From Botryllus schlosseri (Eukaryota), in the NCBI GenBank assembly GCA_051294905.1, contig CM119371.1:22818001-22882000 (forward strand): 64,000 bases of DNA, written 5' to 3'. The notes beneath the pieces were generated by a model. The model saw only the letters and a list, made by a program, of their open reading frames with translations. It was not told the origin of the DNA and ran no database searches. Positions 38,209 through 51,935 of this stretch are shown here, piece after piece; positions within the stretch are counted from its first letter, which is position 1; every line of letters starts with the position of its first letter. The position numbers and the translations under genes were made by a program.

Positions 38209-41200
38209 GCATGGACCAATGCGCGGATATCGAAATTTGAATATGTATCTATGTGTTTACGAATACAGTAGCGCGAAAATGTTGTACTTTTAACCATTAC
38301 CACTATGGCCCTGGTACATCGATTAAAATAGGTACTTGAAACAACTCGTTCCGTCAGCCTTCACCAGTATTATGAATCACACTGTATTTCCAATTCGGCA
38401 TCACTAAAACGGAAATCTGTGTTTTGTGGTTATACGCCTTGGTATCGCGTATAATAATACAGTAATCAGCAAAAGCTCACAGTCAGCCTGCACGTTAAAC
38501 GGTTGAGAATGCAAAGACTAAATGCTGATAGTACCGAAGTATATCATATTTGGCGCCCGCAGAATAACTAACATTCAGCAGCATTCCGATCAGTTTAATG
38601 ACGACTCCAATATCTCAAAAGACCACAAGACTGCGATAACATGGCAAGATGGGAAGGATTCGAAGCGACTTGAAGTAGTCTTTGAAATCAGACATGTACC
38701 TGCGCCTATGCGATGGCAATAAGAAACAAGTGATAAAATAAAATGAGTAGTGATGAAAATCATAGACGCATGTGTCGATAAGCGAGGTTGAAATGTCATA
38801 TCGAGGTCCTGTAATCTTGAGGGCTCACTACAGTACTAGAACTAAAACAGAAACAGATCAAATAAAACATCGTGATATGTTGCCCAAAATACGGATGATC
38901 ACGCAACACCAATTATGCGAGATCTTTCGTAATGTTGATACAACACTTAGATCTAAAAGCCACTTAACAAATATGCTCCACATAACATCAATCGAACTTA
39001 AGTACACAATAGTCTACAGCAGTGATTTTTAACCTTTTTCATCGGTGGTGTCACACTCAATTTGCGTCGCGGGCCAGATTCAAATCGTCAGTTAACTGAT
39101 TCCAAAATGTTAACCACAAAATTCATGCCCTTGTTCTTCACTTGATATACATAATAGTATATTACAATATACTACGGATTACGGGATCTATTCTAGCAAA
39201 CGTTTATTCGCAAGCAATGGAATCGACAAAAGTACGATGGTTCAATGCAGTAATAATCCGCTAGAATATTGGCTCCAGATAACGACGATATAAGTCTACA
39301 TATTTCTATTCTCCCTTTGTTTCAGTCGTAATCTGACTATGGCCCTGCGTATGTGTTGTGAGGACAACAAGATATTTATCTGTAAACTAGGGCGGAGCAT
39401 GGACCGGAGCTGGATTGGATATCAGTCCGGATATTCTCATTTTTAGCCGGAGCGGGATTAGCACTTTTTTCTGATTCGGCCGGAGTTGGATCAGAACCGG
39501 AACAGTACTTTTTAGTGATAATATGACAGCCCTCTTCCACCCTCGAATCAATAGTTGAAGTGAAACGTTCATAGAAATAAACCACATGCTAAGTCCAAGT
39601 TAGCATAATTACTTCAGATAAGGATTGGGTTTGATATTTGAGTTTTTATTGTCGTGTTTGCATTGTTTCAATCAATCTTCAATATCATCCTGTGAATAGA
39701 TCATTATTACCGGAGTTTATCGGACCGGATCACGGTGATTTCTAGAGTCCGGCCTATAGGAGTCGCACACGATACTCGAGCGGAATGTCAAACGCGTTAG
39801 CGTCACAAATCCATCGCACAATCTTGTAAAATCTGTTTACGATCATAAGATTATGAATATGAGGAAACAAGGCAGTTATACATCGGGAGATTTATGAAAT
39901 ATAGATGATCAAGAGATCTCATTGATCAGCTACTTCATAGTCGAATGATACACTCTCGCTCGTTCGTGATTCCACTACTTACTACAACGGCGCATTCGTG
40001 CCCAGAATTACGCATGAAATAATTTCATAAGATCATGATGCCAGCAAGTTTGGTGCGATTATCCACTTCGTGTACACTGTACACGTTCATAGCGTAGCAT
40101 GCGGCAATTCCAGGATATTGAATTACAGACACGTACACAAAAGAGCTGGCAAACGGTTAACCATCGAAGATCGAACCCGATCTTCAAGCACCGGCATATA
40201 GATTGCACGAGCTTATTATTCACGCATTTCCCACAACTGCGGGACAATGAATATACGCGTTCCCATATCTGTAGTCGCACGCATATCGCCTCAATCGTCT
40301 TGTTCATACCGGCGGTAAATGCTCAAAACCATTCCATAAAGGTAATTGTGCCTTATTTGGTAATTTGTTCCGTGATGCACTTGGTCTCCCAGGCCAAACG
40401 GGCCACTCTCTTCTACAACAATATTAATGACAATTAAAGGATTCTTCTGCAAACAGTTCCGAAATATATTTTAGACCCCCTTCGATTCACGCAAAACGGT
40501 CACTATGACCGCACACCATTCTGTCTTCCGCCCGGCGACTGCCGTCCTTACTCCCGCCGATTCAAGATTAAATGTATCGACTACCCTTTCTGTTCTGGGC
40601 AGTAATGAGATGCGGGAAATTTGAGTGTCACAGGCTCGTTTTGTTAAAAAACATGCAAATTAAAATGCTGTTTTCTTTTTAGAACCGCTCACTAATGTGT
40701 ACATTGTCCCAATAATTGTCGGCCATGCCAGAGCGGTAATCCTATATCTTCTTCGTGTCTCACAAAGGAGTAAATATCTGACTATTTACTGATATTTTGA
40801 AACGTTACTTCAATGTCCACATTTCTCTCAGGGTAGGATGCTCCAGAACCGCGTGTCTGTGTATTTATCAGGAATAGTATTAGAAAGAAAATATTGATAA
40901 CGCTGAATAAACTAATCGGTACTTGTCATAGAACATCATAAAAAGAACCACAATAATAGCAAAATCACCACGAGCTCAGTGAAAAATGCAACACTTAAAA
41001 CCAGAGGAGCTATATGCAAGTCAGTGCACGAATTAACTTCACACTTCACAGCCCCATGTCGACAAGCTTTCATGAACCTGGCTAGCCAGCTCCGGCCCGA
41101 AACCGACGAGCGAAGGATTCATTTTCGCAGCACAGGACCGGTCGCTCAAAACCAAGTGCAATCATCAATGAATTCCGAAACAAAACACTGAAAGAAATTG

Positions 41201-41243
41201 CAGGATGGGCCACAACCAAAATGAAACTGCAGCACATCTCATG

Positions 41244-42066
41244 CAGACTTGGACAACTAGAAAATGTTCGCCTTTTTTGAATTAGATTAGAATTAGAATT
41301 AGAGCTACAGAGATTTTTACGAATTAGATTAGAATTAGAATTAGAGCTTCACAGCTTTTTTCTAATTAGATCAAAATTAGAATTAGAATCACTGAATTTG
41401 GAAAAACTTGTAAATTGAATGAAATTGTCAATGAGGAATAAATCCAGCAATGATCAGATCGCATCAAATCACACTGGAGTCTCAAAACCATGAGCATGAT
41501 TAAACTCTGTATACCAAGGTTTGCTAGTTTTGCCCTATACCAGGGGTCATCAATACGCGGCCGGAGAGGTCATATTTCGAAGCCAGCGATCTGATCTGTG
41601 AATTTGGAATAACGCGAATAATGATCAATGCACGCACAGTCGCACATGCACATTACAGCAGTTGTTATCATGGCGCAAATAACATGATTAGGCGATAAAC
41701 GTCAGAATTGTTCAATAAAACAGACAAACAAGCTACTATACCAGCATGGCTATTATTCGTCGCACAATAACTACTATTCATATACGGTGTAAGTAATGCG
41801 ATGGCGGCTTGACACTGGATTTCCCAGTGCGACAGGAATATTCTTGTTAACTCCCTGTCAAATGCCGCGGTCAAATAGGCATTTGAAGAAAAACAAAAAA
41901 ATAGATTAGAATTAAAATTAGAGCATATGAACACATGACAAATTAGATTAGAATTAAAATTAGACCATAAGAGTAATTCACAAAATTAGATTAGAATTAG
42001 ATTACTGGGATTTCGCTCTAATTTAGTGAAATTAGACAGCTAGAATTATGTAGTGGTCCAAGTCTG
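41244..42066. mobile_element. hAT (Ac-type) non-autonomous element with (TTAGAA/TTAGA)n subterminal repeats
   Basis: TIR CAGACTTGGAC(A/C)ACTA; perfect TSD atctcatg. Confidence 0.9.
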
Positions 42067-43201
42067 ATCTCATGTACGACTGTGGCGCACTTGCATCCAC
42101 AAAATACACTTCGGACACAACATGATCCGTTACTGTATTCATCTCAAGCTCCGCAACCATCTTGAGCTCTGCAACCATTTAGATATCACTACTTCGACGG
42201 TACAGTGGCATGATTAGAGACCAGATCCGTGAACAGAAAACCATAAAGTAAAAACCAGGTAGGATGCAGGCTACCAGCCATTGCATAGTACTAATACCGG
42301 AACACTAATCGCCAATCTTCTAACAGCACTTGGTCTTGTATATATGTGTAACATATTAATGACACATGTTAAATTAAAGTCCATGACACACACCTTAATA
42401 AACAAACATTTGTAGCATGCCACAGGCCTATACCTCAGAATCGTGGATTCGAGGTACCGGTACGCAGCATTTCTGCGAACAATGAACTCGGGTAATATCG
42501 TTGACGTCATCTCCCGGAGACGGCTAGAGATCAAAACAGACCCGCAGTCTGCACGAACCTCGCGGAAGTGGCGATGAATCATTGCTATTTACCGCATTGT
42601 ATTTCATACCAGGTTTATATTCGTGGTATTTAGGACCATATCTCGCTAGATAATGTTGACTTCTACAGGTACACTGATTAGAATTAATCTGAACTCTCTT
42701 TCAAAGCATGTTTATGAGTCAGGTAATGACTTAATACAGAGAAATGCAGCGATCGAGCCTGAAAGCCTGGTTCGGATGCGTGTCCGATATCACGTATTTA
42801 GTAAATCGGTATCGGATTATAATCGTCAACTTCATTTCTCATGATCTATTGAAAAATAAACTACGTACTCAGCTTGTGAAACTTGTAAAATAGACCCTCC
42901 ATTCACGAAAACGTGTTAATACTATCAGGCAAAGCAACTACCATGGAGGCACCCTGGCTCCTGAGGAACTCTATTTATATACAAATACACATTACACATA
43001 AATGCTTTAAATACCTGAACTATAAACACATAGCATTGCATCTTAAGCGGCGTCCTACTAAAAGCCTACAACTAAACTCGGGCGTGATATACTTGTAAGT
43101 CGACAGCTCATGAATCATAAAAAGGAGTACCGGTATGGGCCTGGTGTAAAATGACCACTAATCTGGAGACGCAATGTCGTACCAAACACGTACCCTATGA
43201 C

Positions 43202-43716
43202 TAGGGCTGGGCACAATGATTCGAGTACTCGAATCTGAATCGAGTATTAATTTTAATGATTCGAGTCGAGTAGTAAAAGACGATTTTTTCGAGTACTGAA
43301 AATATACGCTCCTCGCAACTGAAAGTTAATTAACTAACGAAAATTCTATTTTTGATAATATTTTCCACTGAGGAAGCCTTGAAACCTTGATTGGCCGTGT
43401 CGTAGCATAATAGACATAGTACAAAGCTACGATCATGACTGGAAATAACACATTTCCGAAGTCATGATCGTTCCACGACATTGTCAAGAAGGGCAATGAA
43501 GTCGGTATGGTCGAAAAATTACCAAAGTATATTTAATGTGACGGGTAGCAGGCATTATGTTCTGCGTGGTGGCATTAAAGGTAGATATTTGAACTTTGGC
43601 ATAGTACATTCTGTTGTGACATCATAATGAGTGATACTCGAATACTCGACTCGACTCGAAGCATTTTACGTGATTCAGAATCGAATCACTCAGGTACTCG
43701 ATTTTGCCCAGCCCTA
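43202..43716 (+). mobile_element. hAT MITE family D, copy 2
   Basis: Same TIRs; perfect TSD cctatgac; highly similar to 31393-31906. Confidence 0.93.
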
Positions 43717-44413
43717 CCTATGACTACCATGCCCGACTTTGCCCGTATCACTAGCGTTCGAAAAGACTGGTATGATCGCTGATCTGTCGGTAAATCACTT
43801 CCAATTGCAGCCAATCGCTACATATTCCACTTCCTGTACTTATAAAATGCCTCAGCCACCATTAGGCTCAAGTTGATATGGTACTTAACAGTGTAGGAGT
43901 ATCGAACAACCGCGATACAAATAACTGAGAGAAAGAATTGGAATCATAGTTCCTGCCTTTTCTACTCAGTTTCGGTTTTCATATTCAATGACAGCGGCAT
44001 ATAACTATAACAGACCACCATTTCTCGATGTCTCGAATTAGCAACTAGGCCTCCAATCAAGTATGATACATCGGGGTAGGCTGGATTGAACCGGTAAATC
44101 GGCTTAGTAGTCACGCTCGAATGTGAGAGGCATACCGTAATTGCATCGCGTTGGTAAATTAGTCAGTGGCCTTTACAACGAGCGATTTGCCTACTGATGC
44201 GTTCATAGCAGCTGTCTCGCGCTACATAAATAATTCGGTAATCTCAAGTCATTTTGCAGTACTGAACTGTAAAAAAAGAGGCAATTGATTACTTCCTCAA
44301 ATCCTCATATCGAAGTAAATGAATGGAACATACGTGATAGTGACAGTGCGCGTTGTACAGTCCGTGAGTCAATGCGAAGTACATACGAAAATGTATGGTA
44401 CCATGCATACGAC

Positions 44414-45749
44414 CAGTGCCGTAACAGCACTTCGTCAGCCCCCCCCCCAAAAAAAAAACCGTTGGTCTTGGGCCCCCTATAGGGTGATAAACCGGACTTC
44501 TGGGGGGCTTCTCCCCTCAGACCCCCCTTTCTCCACCCACTCTTGGCCGCTACTTGTCATCAATATTGGGTGTTCGTTTAGTGGGCCACCTATTCTAGCC
44601 TAGACGCGAGAAGCGCGAATTTCAAGACTTCAAGATTGAATCGGTCAGTATCATCGGTGATTGCATTATATTGCTATCAATTTTTATCCCCTGTCTGCTG
44701 ACGTAATCAGATTTACCGATGGAGCTGCGTGAGATGTATTTGAAAAGGTTGGACCCCTCAATAATAATTGAAGATCTTCGGGCGTATACCCGTTGGCAGG
44801 AACGAAACAGAACTTCGTCAGATCCCCCAAAAAATTGGGTCCCGGGCTCCCACAGGGTGATAAACCAACCCCCCAATCGTGTTGATCGATTTAGCCACGA
44901 AATCAGCCGTACTGGGTAGTGAGTCAGCGCGAAGCGCAAAAATTTTCGATAATTAACGATAAAATCGGTCAATAAGATCGGTAATTGCATATATATTGCT
45001 ATCAATTTATTGTCCTCTCTGCTCACTTTATCAAATTTACCGGTAGGCCTAGAGCTGAGTGAGGTGTCTTGAAAACTGTAGGGCCCGTAAATAATAATTA
45101 AACATCTTCGGGCGGGCGGACCCGTTGGTATGACTTCGTTACATGATGTTATTTCGTGCTATATAAAAATAAAATATAGAATCGGGCAAACGTACTAAAC
45201 TAAAAGACGCACACGATTTCAAATTGGTATTTCTTGACTGGCGTATAGTTTTTCCCTGCGGGATGGAATTCGTCTTCTGAGGTTCAGATTGCCAAGACAG
45301 GAACATTCGGCGCCAGTCATTTAGGCGCCTAGGCTATGGACAATTAAACCTATATGTATTTTGTATATATAACGAAGTTTTTGGTCAGCGTAACGGCAGT
45401 CCTTTTCGGCCAAGGTTTTTACGCTGCCGATCGTTCTGGCACACTTCTTCGAGTCGCATGTAATATGTCCTAAATCGTTATATGTCTTGGTGCGTCGTGT
45501 CGCGGTGTTGGCCAACGCCGATATGTCCATTTCTAAAAATCTTGCGTGTTCTTTTCTTTGGGGAAGAGTACCAAATAATCACGATATTTGGTCCACTTAA
45601 ATCGCGCGTAACGCGAAAAAAATTTGAAATGTCGCATAAATTTTCAAAAAATACTCTATAATTTATGCTAATTCACGAAATAATTTTGGGCCTCTTCGAG
45701 CTCGCCCCTCCCCAATTGGGGGGTTTGGGGTGCGGCAGTTACGGTCCTG
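44414..45749 (+). mobile_element. hAT Tip100-like non-autonomous element with an internal ~330-bp duplication (family E)
   Basis: Ends CAGTGCCGTAAC / GTTACGGTCCTG; TSD catacgac/catacggc; sister copy at ~47130-48216. Confidence 0.82.
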
Positions 45750-45953
45750 CATACGGCATGTTGTATATCCCTGGGCAAAAGATTCGTACATCTTGCTGGT
45801 ATGAAGTATCTGTTTACATATAAATTCACCAACGACGGACACGGCTATACCTACTCTACGAAAAGGTCTAAGCATAATAATTCAATAAAATGATATTTCC
45901 GAGGCAATCATTGTATAAATATGGAATTATATCAGTTAACTCTCCCTTTTTAT

Positions 45954-46469
45954 TGGGGCTGGGCAAAATCGAGTCCCTGAGTGATTCGATTCCGAATCAC
46001 GTACGTACGATTCGAGTCGAGTCGACTATCCAAGTATCACTCATTACGACATCACAACAGAATGTAAACTGTCGAAGTTCAAAGATGTACCTTTTATGCC
46101 ACCCCAAGGATCATAATGCCCGTTATCTATCACATTAAATCCAATTCGGTATTTTTTCGACCATACCGATTTCATTGCACTTCTTGACAATGTTGGGGGT
46201 TGATCATGACTTCGGAAATGTGTTATTTCAAGTAACGTTCGTTTCTTTGTACTATGTCTCGTATGCTGCGACACGGTCGATCAGGGTTTTAAGGCTTCCT
46301 CGGTGGAAAATTGTATCTAAACTATAATTGTCGTTAGTAAATTAGCTTTCAGTTGCGATGATCGTATAATTTCTGTACTCGAAAAAATCTTCTTTTACTA
46401 CTCGACTCGAATCATTAAATTTATCACTGGATTCAGATTTGAGTACTCGAATCATTGTGCCCGGTCCTA
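45954..46469 (-). mobile_element. hAT MITE family D, copy 3 (inverted, more diverged)
   Basis: Reverse complement of family D; TSD ctttttat/cttttaat. Confidence 0.88.
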
Positions 46470-46801
46470 CTTTTAATCGAGATTCTCGACAATACTGCCT
46501 GATTGACCTTTGTGATCTCATGGACCTGTGAAGCCTCTGGAATTCCCATAACATTGCACAGTACAGAGTCATATGAATACTGCCATGTCATGTAATGAAG
46601 CATGGTTAGCCATTGTTAAGTACCCAATCATATTCATGATTCGTACATCACAGGAATGACGAAACCGACTATTCTCGCGACACCAATGAGCTGATATTCC
46701 ATAACATTTCAGGATTTGCTACACGGAAGGAACGTGGAATACTTATTGTTCGCGGTGAGAATTGAGAAATATCAAGGCCAAGCCGCAATATTACTTTATA
46801 T

Positions 46802-48475
46802 CAGTGGTTCCCAACCTTTTTCGGTGTCGGGGCCAAATTTAGAATTTCAGAGTACGGTCGGGGCCGCACGAATACCAGGGCAGTGAAACGGACCCAAAAT
46901 AGTCATCAGAATATGAAAATTGGCACTGTTCCGATCAATCGCTCGAAGCCATTGGCCATTGTTATGGTCTTTGTGTTGCTGCACTCCCATTGTTCAGAAC
47001 AATCGACCTTTGGTGGCTATTTCGGAGCAGTTTTATTGCCCTGGCGAGATTTCAATTCGTATTTTTAGAATCAGTACGACAGTATCTTTCAACGCTTCGA
47101 CGCTTCAGACGCTTCGGTCGTGAGCTGTAGGACTACCAATTATGCTGCTTTCGGGGCCGTTTAGTGAGTCAGCTTTTATTGCCTAAACGCGCGAAGCGCG
47201 AAAATTTTCTGTAATTTATAATTGAATCGGTCAACATGATCGGCAATCGCATGTATATTGCTATCAAGTTTTATCCTCTCTCTGCTCACGTAATCAGTTT
47301 TACAGGCAGAGCCGAAGGAGGTGTGTTTGAAAAGGTAGGACCCCTCAATAATAATTAAACTTCTTCGGGCGTATATCCGTTGGCACCCCCCTCCCTCAAA
47401 AAATCTTTGGTCTTGGGCTCCCATAGGGTGAAAAACCCACCCTTATCACCTTGTTCGCTTTTACCACGAAATTAGCTGTACCGTTAAGTGAGCTAGCGCG
47501 AGGCGCGAAATTTTCGATAATTTATGATAAAATCGGTCAATATTATTGGGAATTGCATATATATTGCTATAAATTTATTGTCCTCGCTGCTTACGTAATG
47601 ATATTTACCGGTAGAGCTAAGTGAGGTGTCTTGGACACTGCAGAACTCGTTAGTATGACCCCGTAATATGATGTTATTTCGTAACCTGCTGTCTGCTATA
47701 TCAAAAAATATAGAATAGCCCAAACGTATGTTACTAAACTAAGAGGCGCACACTATTTCAAATTGGTATCTCTTCCCTGGAATATAATATGTCCCTGCGG
47801 CATGATATGTGTCTTGTGTGGCTCAGATTGCCAAGACAGTATTTTGTATATGTAACGAAGCTTCGGTCAGCATAAGGGCAGTCCTTTTCGGCCAAAGTTT
47901 TCTCGCTGCCAATCGTTCTGAAACACTTCTTGGAGTCGCATGTAACATGGCGTAAAACTTAATATGTCTTGGTGCGTCGTGGCGCGATAACGACAAACGC
48001 CGATACGACCATTTCGATAAATATATTTTTTTGGGGGGATGAGTCCCCAAAAGTCAAGATATTTGGCAGCATGAAATCACGTCTAGAGTAAAAAGATGCA
48101 CAAATTTTCAAAAAATACTCTATAATTTATACTTATTCACGAAATAATTTTGAGCCCCCTTCGAGCTCGCCTCCCCCCCTAATTGGAGGGTGTGTCGTGC
48201 CGCAGTTATGGTCCTGTATATACCTATATCTATAGCTACTGCTCGCTCAAGGGACACATTGCAGTGAAACAGCAGCGACGTAACGTTAGCAGTCTACTTA
48301 CGACTATCCTGCAATCCTAATTAAAAAACTTCAGACTCCAAGCCAAGTACGTGCATTTCAGGAATGTTAAATTTTATTTTTTGTCAAGACTCGATTTCTT
48401 AATATTTTGTGGGGGCCGCAAGAAGGCTATCTGCGAGCCGCATGCGGCCCTCAGGGCCGCGGTTGGGAATCGCTG
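46802..48475. mobile_element. hAT Charlie/Buster-type element carrying a nested family-E copy (~47130-48216)
   Basis: Ends CAGTGGTTCCCAACC / GGTTGGGAATCGCTG; perfect TSD ctttatat. Confidence 0.88.
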
Positions 48476-48650
48476 CTTTATATGATCACGTAGTATAGGA
48501 TATATTGTGTTAGGGCATACCATCCGATTTTCGCAAATTCAGGTCACGACGTAATTGTGACATGGCAAATAAACACGCGGAATGAATGGCCAAATCCTCA
48601 ATTCGAGAAATCAAGAGCGCCTTTCTAGATGACTGCGACACCTTTCAGAT

Positions 48651-49548
48651 CAGGGGCGGGCAACATACGGCCCGCGGACAGTTTCCCGTCTTACATGATA
48701 ATGTGGCCATAGCGGCCAGTCTGCCGAGATCCCCCACTACTTGCTAACAACGTAAAATTTTGGTGACTGTATGTTAACGTATGTGTGTGTGCGCAGCGTA
48801 CGATAGTGAAGATTGCGCGTACGTTCGTCGAAGCGAGAAGACTTGCATTATAGGCAACCTCGAATGTGTCATTGTAATGGTGTTTGGTATTTAGACGCAA
48901 CCATATGCCTTATCAGCAGCACAGGAGCTAGTTTGCACGAGAGTGAGAGTGTGAATGCTCAACCGGTTGCGCAACAATGGGCAATACGCTGGCGCTTTAC
49001 GCTGCTTCCCACCTGCTCCCAGACGGCATGGTTGGGTCGCAATCAACTCCGTTACAATGCAACATTCGAGGCTAGTTTTGGGGGTTCCAGGACCACGAGA
49101 AGAATAAAATGTATATTTTCGCAATCAGTACCGCGGTATAGCTTTCGATTGATACCAATTTTATCAAATTTAATGCTCGGGAAGCCGGCCAAAAATACCG
49201 TCAAATTACCTTTGACCAAACGGTGAGTGTGACGTAGACCAATTTCACAGAGCTGTGAGATATGCTTCTGGCCACACCATACAGGACACTATGATTGCAC
49301 CGTGTGTTGATAGATCAGAGAGAAGCAGACATGGTGGCGCCTGTACACCAATGCTATTCTCAAATCCACATTGACGAGAAATGGATTTGAAGTGACATTG
49401 CTGTAGTTGAAGTACATTAATTAAACACGATTTATTAATTGTACATGTGGATAAATGGGCGAATAATGTATCGATTCAGCAATCCGGCCCGTCAAGTACT
49501 TAATTTTTCTATATCCGGCCCGCCGATTCAAGAAGTTGCCCGCCCCTG
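48651..49548 (+). mobile_element. hAT Charlie/Buster-type element, family F
   Basis: Perfect TIR CAGGGGCGGGCAAC; TSD tttcagat/ttttagat; sister copy 52309-52892. Confidence 0.9.
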
Positions 49549-51935
49549 TTTTAGATGGTAATACTGTTCACTGGTCAGTGTTGAGAAGGCCGAAATAAAA
49601 CTGGTAATGGTGACTAGAAAACGTAGATTTCCTTCTCTGAAAAGAATTTCAATAGCATCTGCAACATCTATCACGAAACAATCCCGACTGCACGTGTACG
49701 CAGTACTGAGATTGCCACATGAGTCTCTCATCTTTCAGATATAAATGGATTCCGCGGGCGCACTGCGGCAAAGCATATTGAGAGTGATAAAGGTGACGAA
49801 AATATGATAAGTAGTTGTAGAACATTAAGGCCGCTGCTGAAAATTTTCAACTTTGTCGCGACTCGCGAGTTGCGAGCGACTGGTCAGCAGTTATTGATCG
49901 TTAGCTCTATGTCACCGCAATAGTTTGTCCGGGTATTGCGTGTTTTGGCATGTATAATTGTTTCCTCATTGAATTTAGACTACATTCTACTGTAAGCAGT
50001 GCCGGTACTTGGTAATTACCAAAGGCAAACCAGTTCCGGCAGTACCGGTACCGTGAAACTCTCAGTCATTGTATGTCTACACGTGGATTTATTAGATATA
50101 TACCTTATCTGATTCATTTTAACCTGTACGTACAGTGTACAATGTACATTGGTTGGAAACTGGGTTAAGCAGGTACATATAATCGTGATATGTCATGGGT
50201 TCACGGATGTATATTACAGATACCGGTACATGTCAGTACACGACGTCTGAAAATCTTTTTGTTGACTAGGTAGCAGCAGTGTAATTCTTGATGTTCGATT
50301 TCGTCTATTCTCCTCTTTATCAGACTTCGGTACGAAATGTAGTGGCTAGTCAGAAATGGACTATGCATCATTATGGAGAATGAATCAACCAGACCCACGG
50401 ATCAATTTCAATGCTTGATACCTGAGGGCGAATCGAGGATTGAAAAGGAAAGAATCCCAGAGTTATATTTGAATATTAAGACTTAATTCATTTACAATAA
50501 AATTATAATGCATTTGAATGTTGTTCTCTATCGTATCGAGAAATTAATGTATGAGTGCTTGACAGTTTGATGCAGTTACTGAGGCAATGGAATACAGAAA
50601 GGTTTGGTGTGTGTAGCATAGTAGGCTACAGCTAGAACTCCAGAAATTGGGATCGGCAACCGGAAATAGCGCCTTCAACTGGGTCACCCAGATTATGCGT
50701 TTTCAGCATTGAAATATGATATTGGTTCGTCAATGGAAAAGTGTATGCATATAAGATGTCATATTATTCATTGACAAATCCATGTATACCCATCGAAATG
50801 TTCATTTTGCGATCTATCTGAAGCTGTGCAATGTGTATCCATTTCGAGACTTCGGACAGAACGCGCCAGAGCTGTAGTTGCAGCTTGTGGGCACTGCCGG
50901 GACCAGTGTGTAATCTGTGCATTGCTTCGCGACTTACGACTCGCAACTCGCAACGCAGAACTCCCGATGTTGCGTCGCGAGGTCAGTGTGCAGCGGGTTT
51001 TATTCTCTGAATTGGTGGAAGGCGATAACGAGAGACTGCTGAACGCGCACTCGCGCAGCCATGCCCTCTGGTCGTCGTACAGATTCTATAATGCTGCAAA
51101 GCTTCCTTCAATATATTTTATCGTCAGCCATAAACATAGATAATAATGATCTCCCGCTGACGCATGTTTTGTGATTATACACTTCTATATGTTGTCCCAC
51201 GAAGTTCGTATGTTGTTCTTCATGACATATAGCCTATCTTGCTATCTATAACCACTATGTGGTGTGGACTGGACACAAGCAAATCTCACGGCTCAGTGTA
51301 TTTGGTTCACGTTTCACATTCCATTTGGCTACAGGCAATTCGACGATAACTTTGACCGGCTTCTCGAACATTAAATTTGATAAAACGGGTATCAATCGAA
51401 AGCTACCGCGGTACTGCTTGCGAAAATATAAAACAACAATCGTAACGTGCCAGTCAGTTAAAAGCCGCATGCATAAATGCCATAACCAGATGTGGTCAAA
51501 ATGTAGGATGCTTATCGTCGGTACTAAAATGGAAGGTGTAAAGTCGTAAATATATACTCAAGTAAAGTAGTAGAGATTTTTAATAACTAAAATGTACGAT
51601 CCCAGGAACCGGTTTTGTCAAATAAACTGAATACTGTTTTTCCGGAATTGGAAGTAAGCTAGTCTATAAACATCGCAGCTTGTGCAATATGTGCATTGTG
51701 CATGTATGGCAAATAAGCTAAAACCTACTTGAATACTACGAAAAGGTAAATTTGCTAGTTGAAATAAAAGGGGGGGTTCCGATTTAGTTCGTATTTAGTA
51801 TTATAGCATCAATTCATCAGAGTTAAGTACATGCGTAAATAACGATTATACAACATCCTCGTGTTGACGATTATACGCGTATGGTAAGGTTTCGACGAGT
51901 CCGGAAGTGCTGTTAATTAGCGACTGCCTTGTCTG

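Noticed and set aside
40059..40437. Overlapping 82- and 112-aa ORFs
   Set aside because: No motifs or supporting exon structure
41278..42040. Telomere-like TTAGAA repeats
   Set aside because: Confined inside an element with TIRs and an 8-bp TSD; these are subterminal hAT repeats
44622..47723. Similar ORFs at 44622-45026, 47176-47424 and 47493-47723
   Set aside because: Similarity comes from duplicated family-E transposon sequence, and the frames are not conserved between copies
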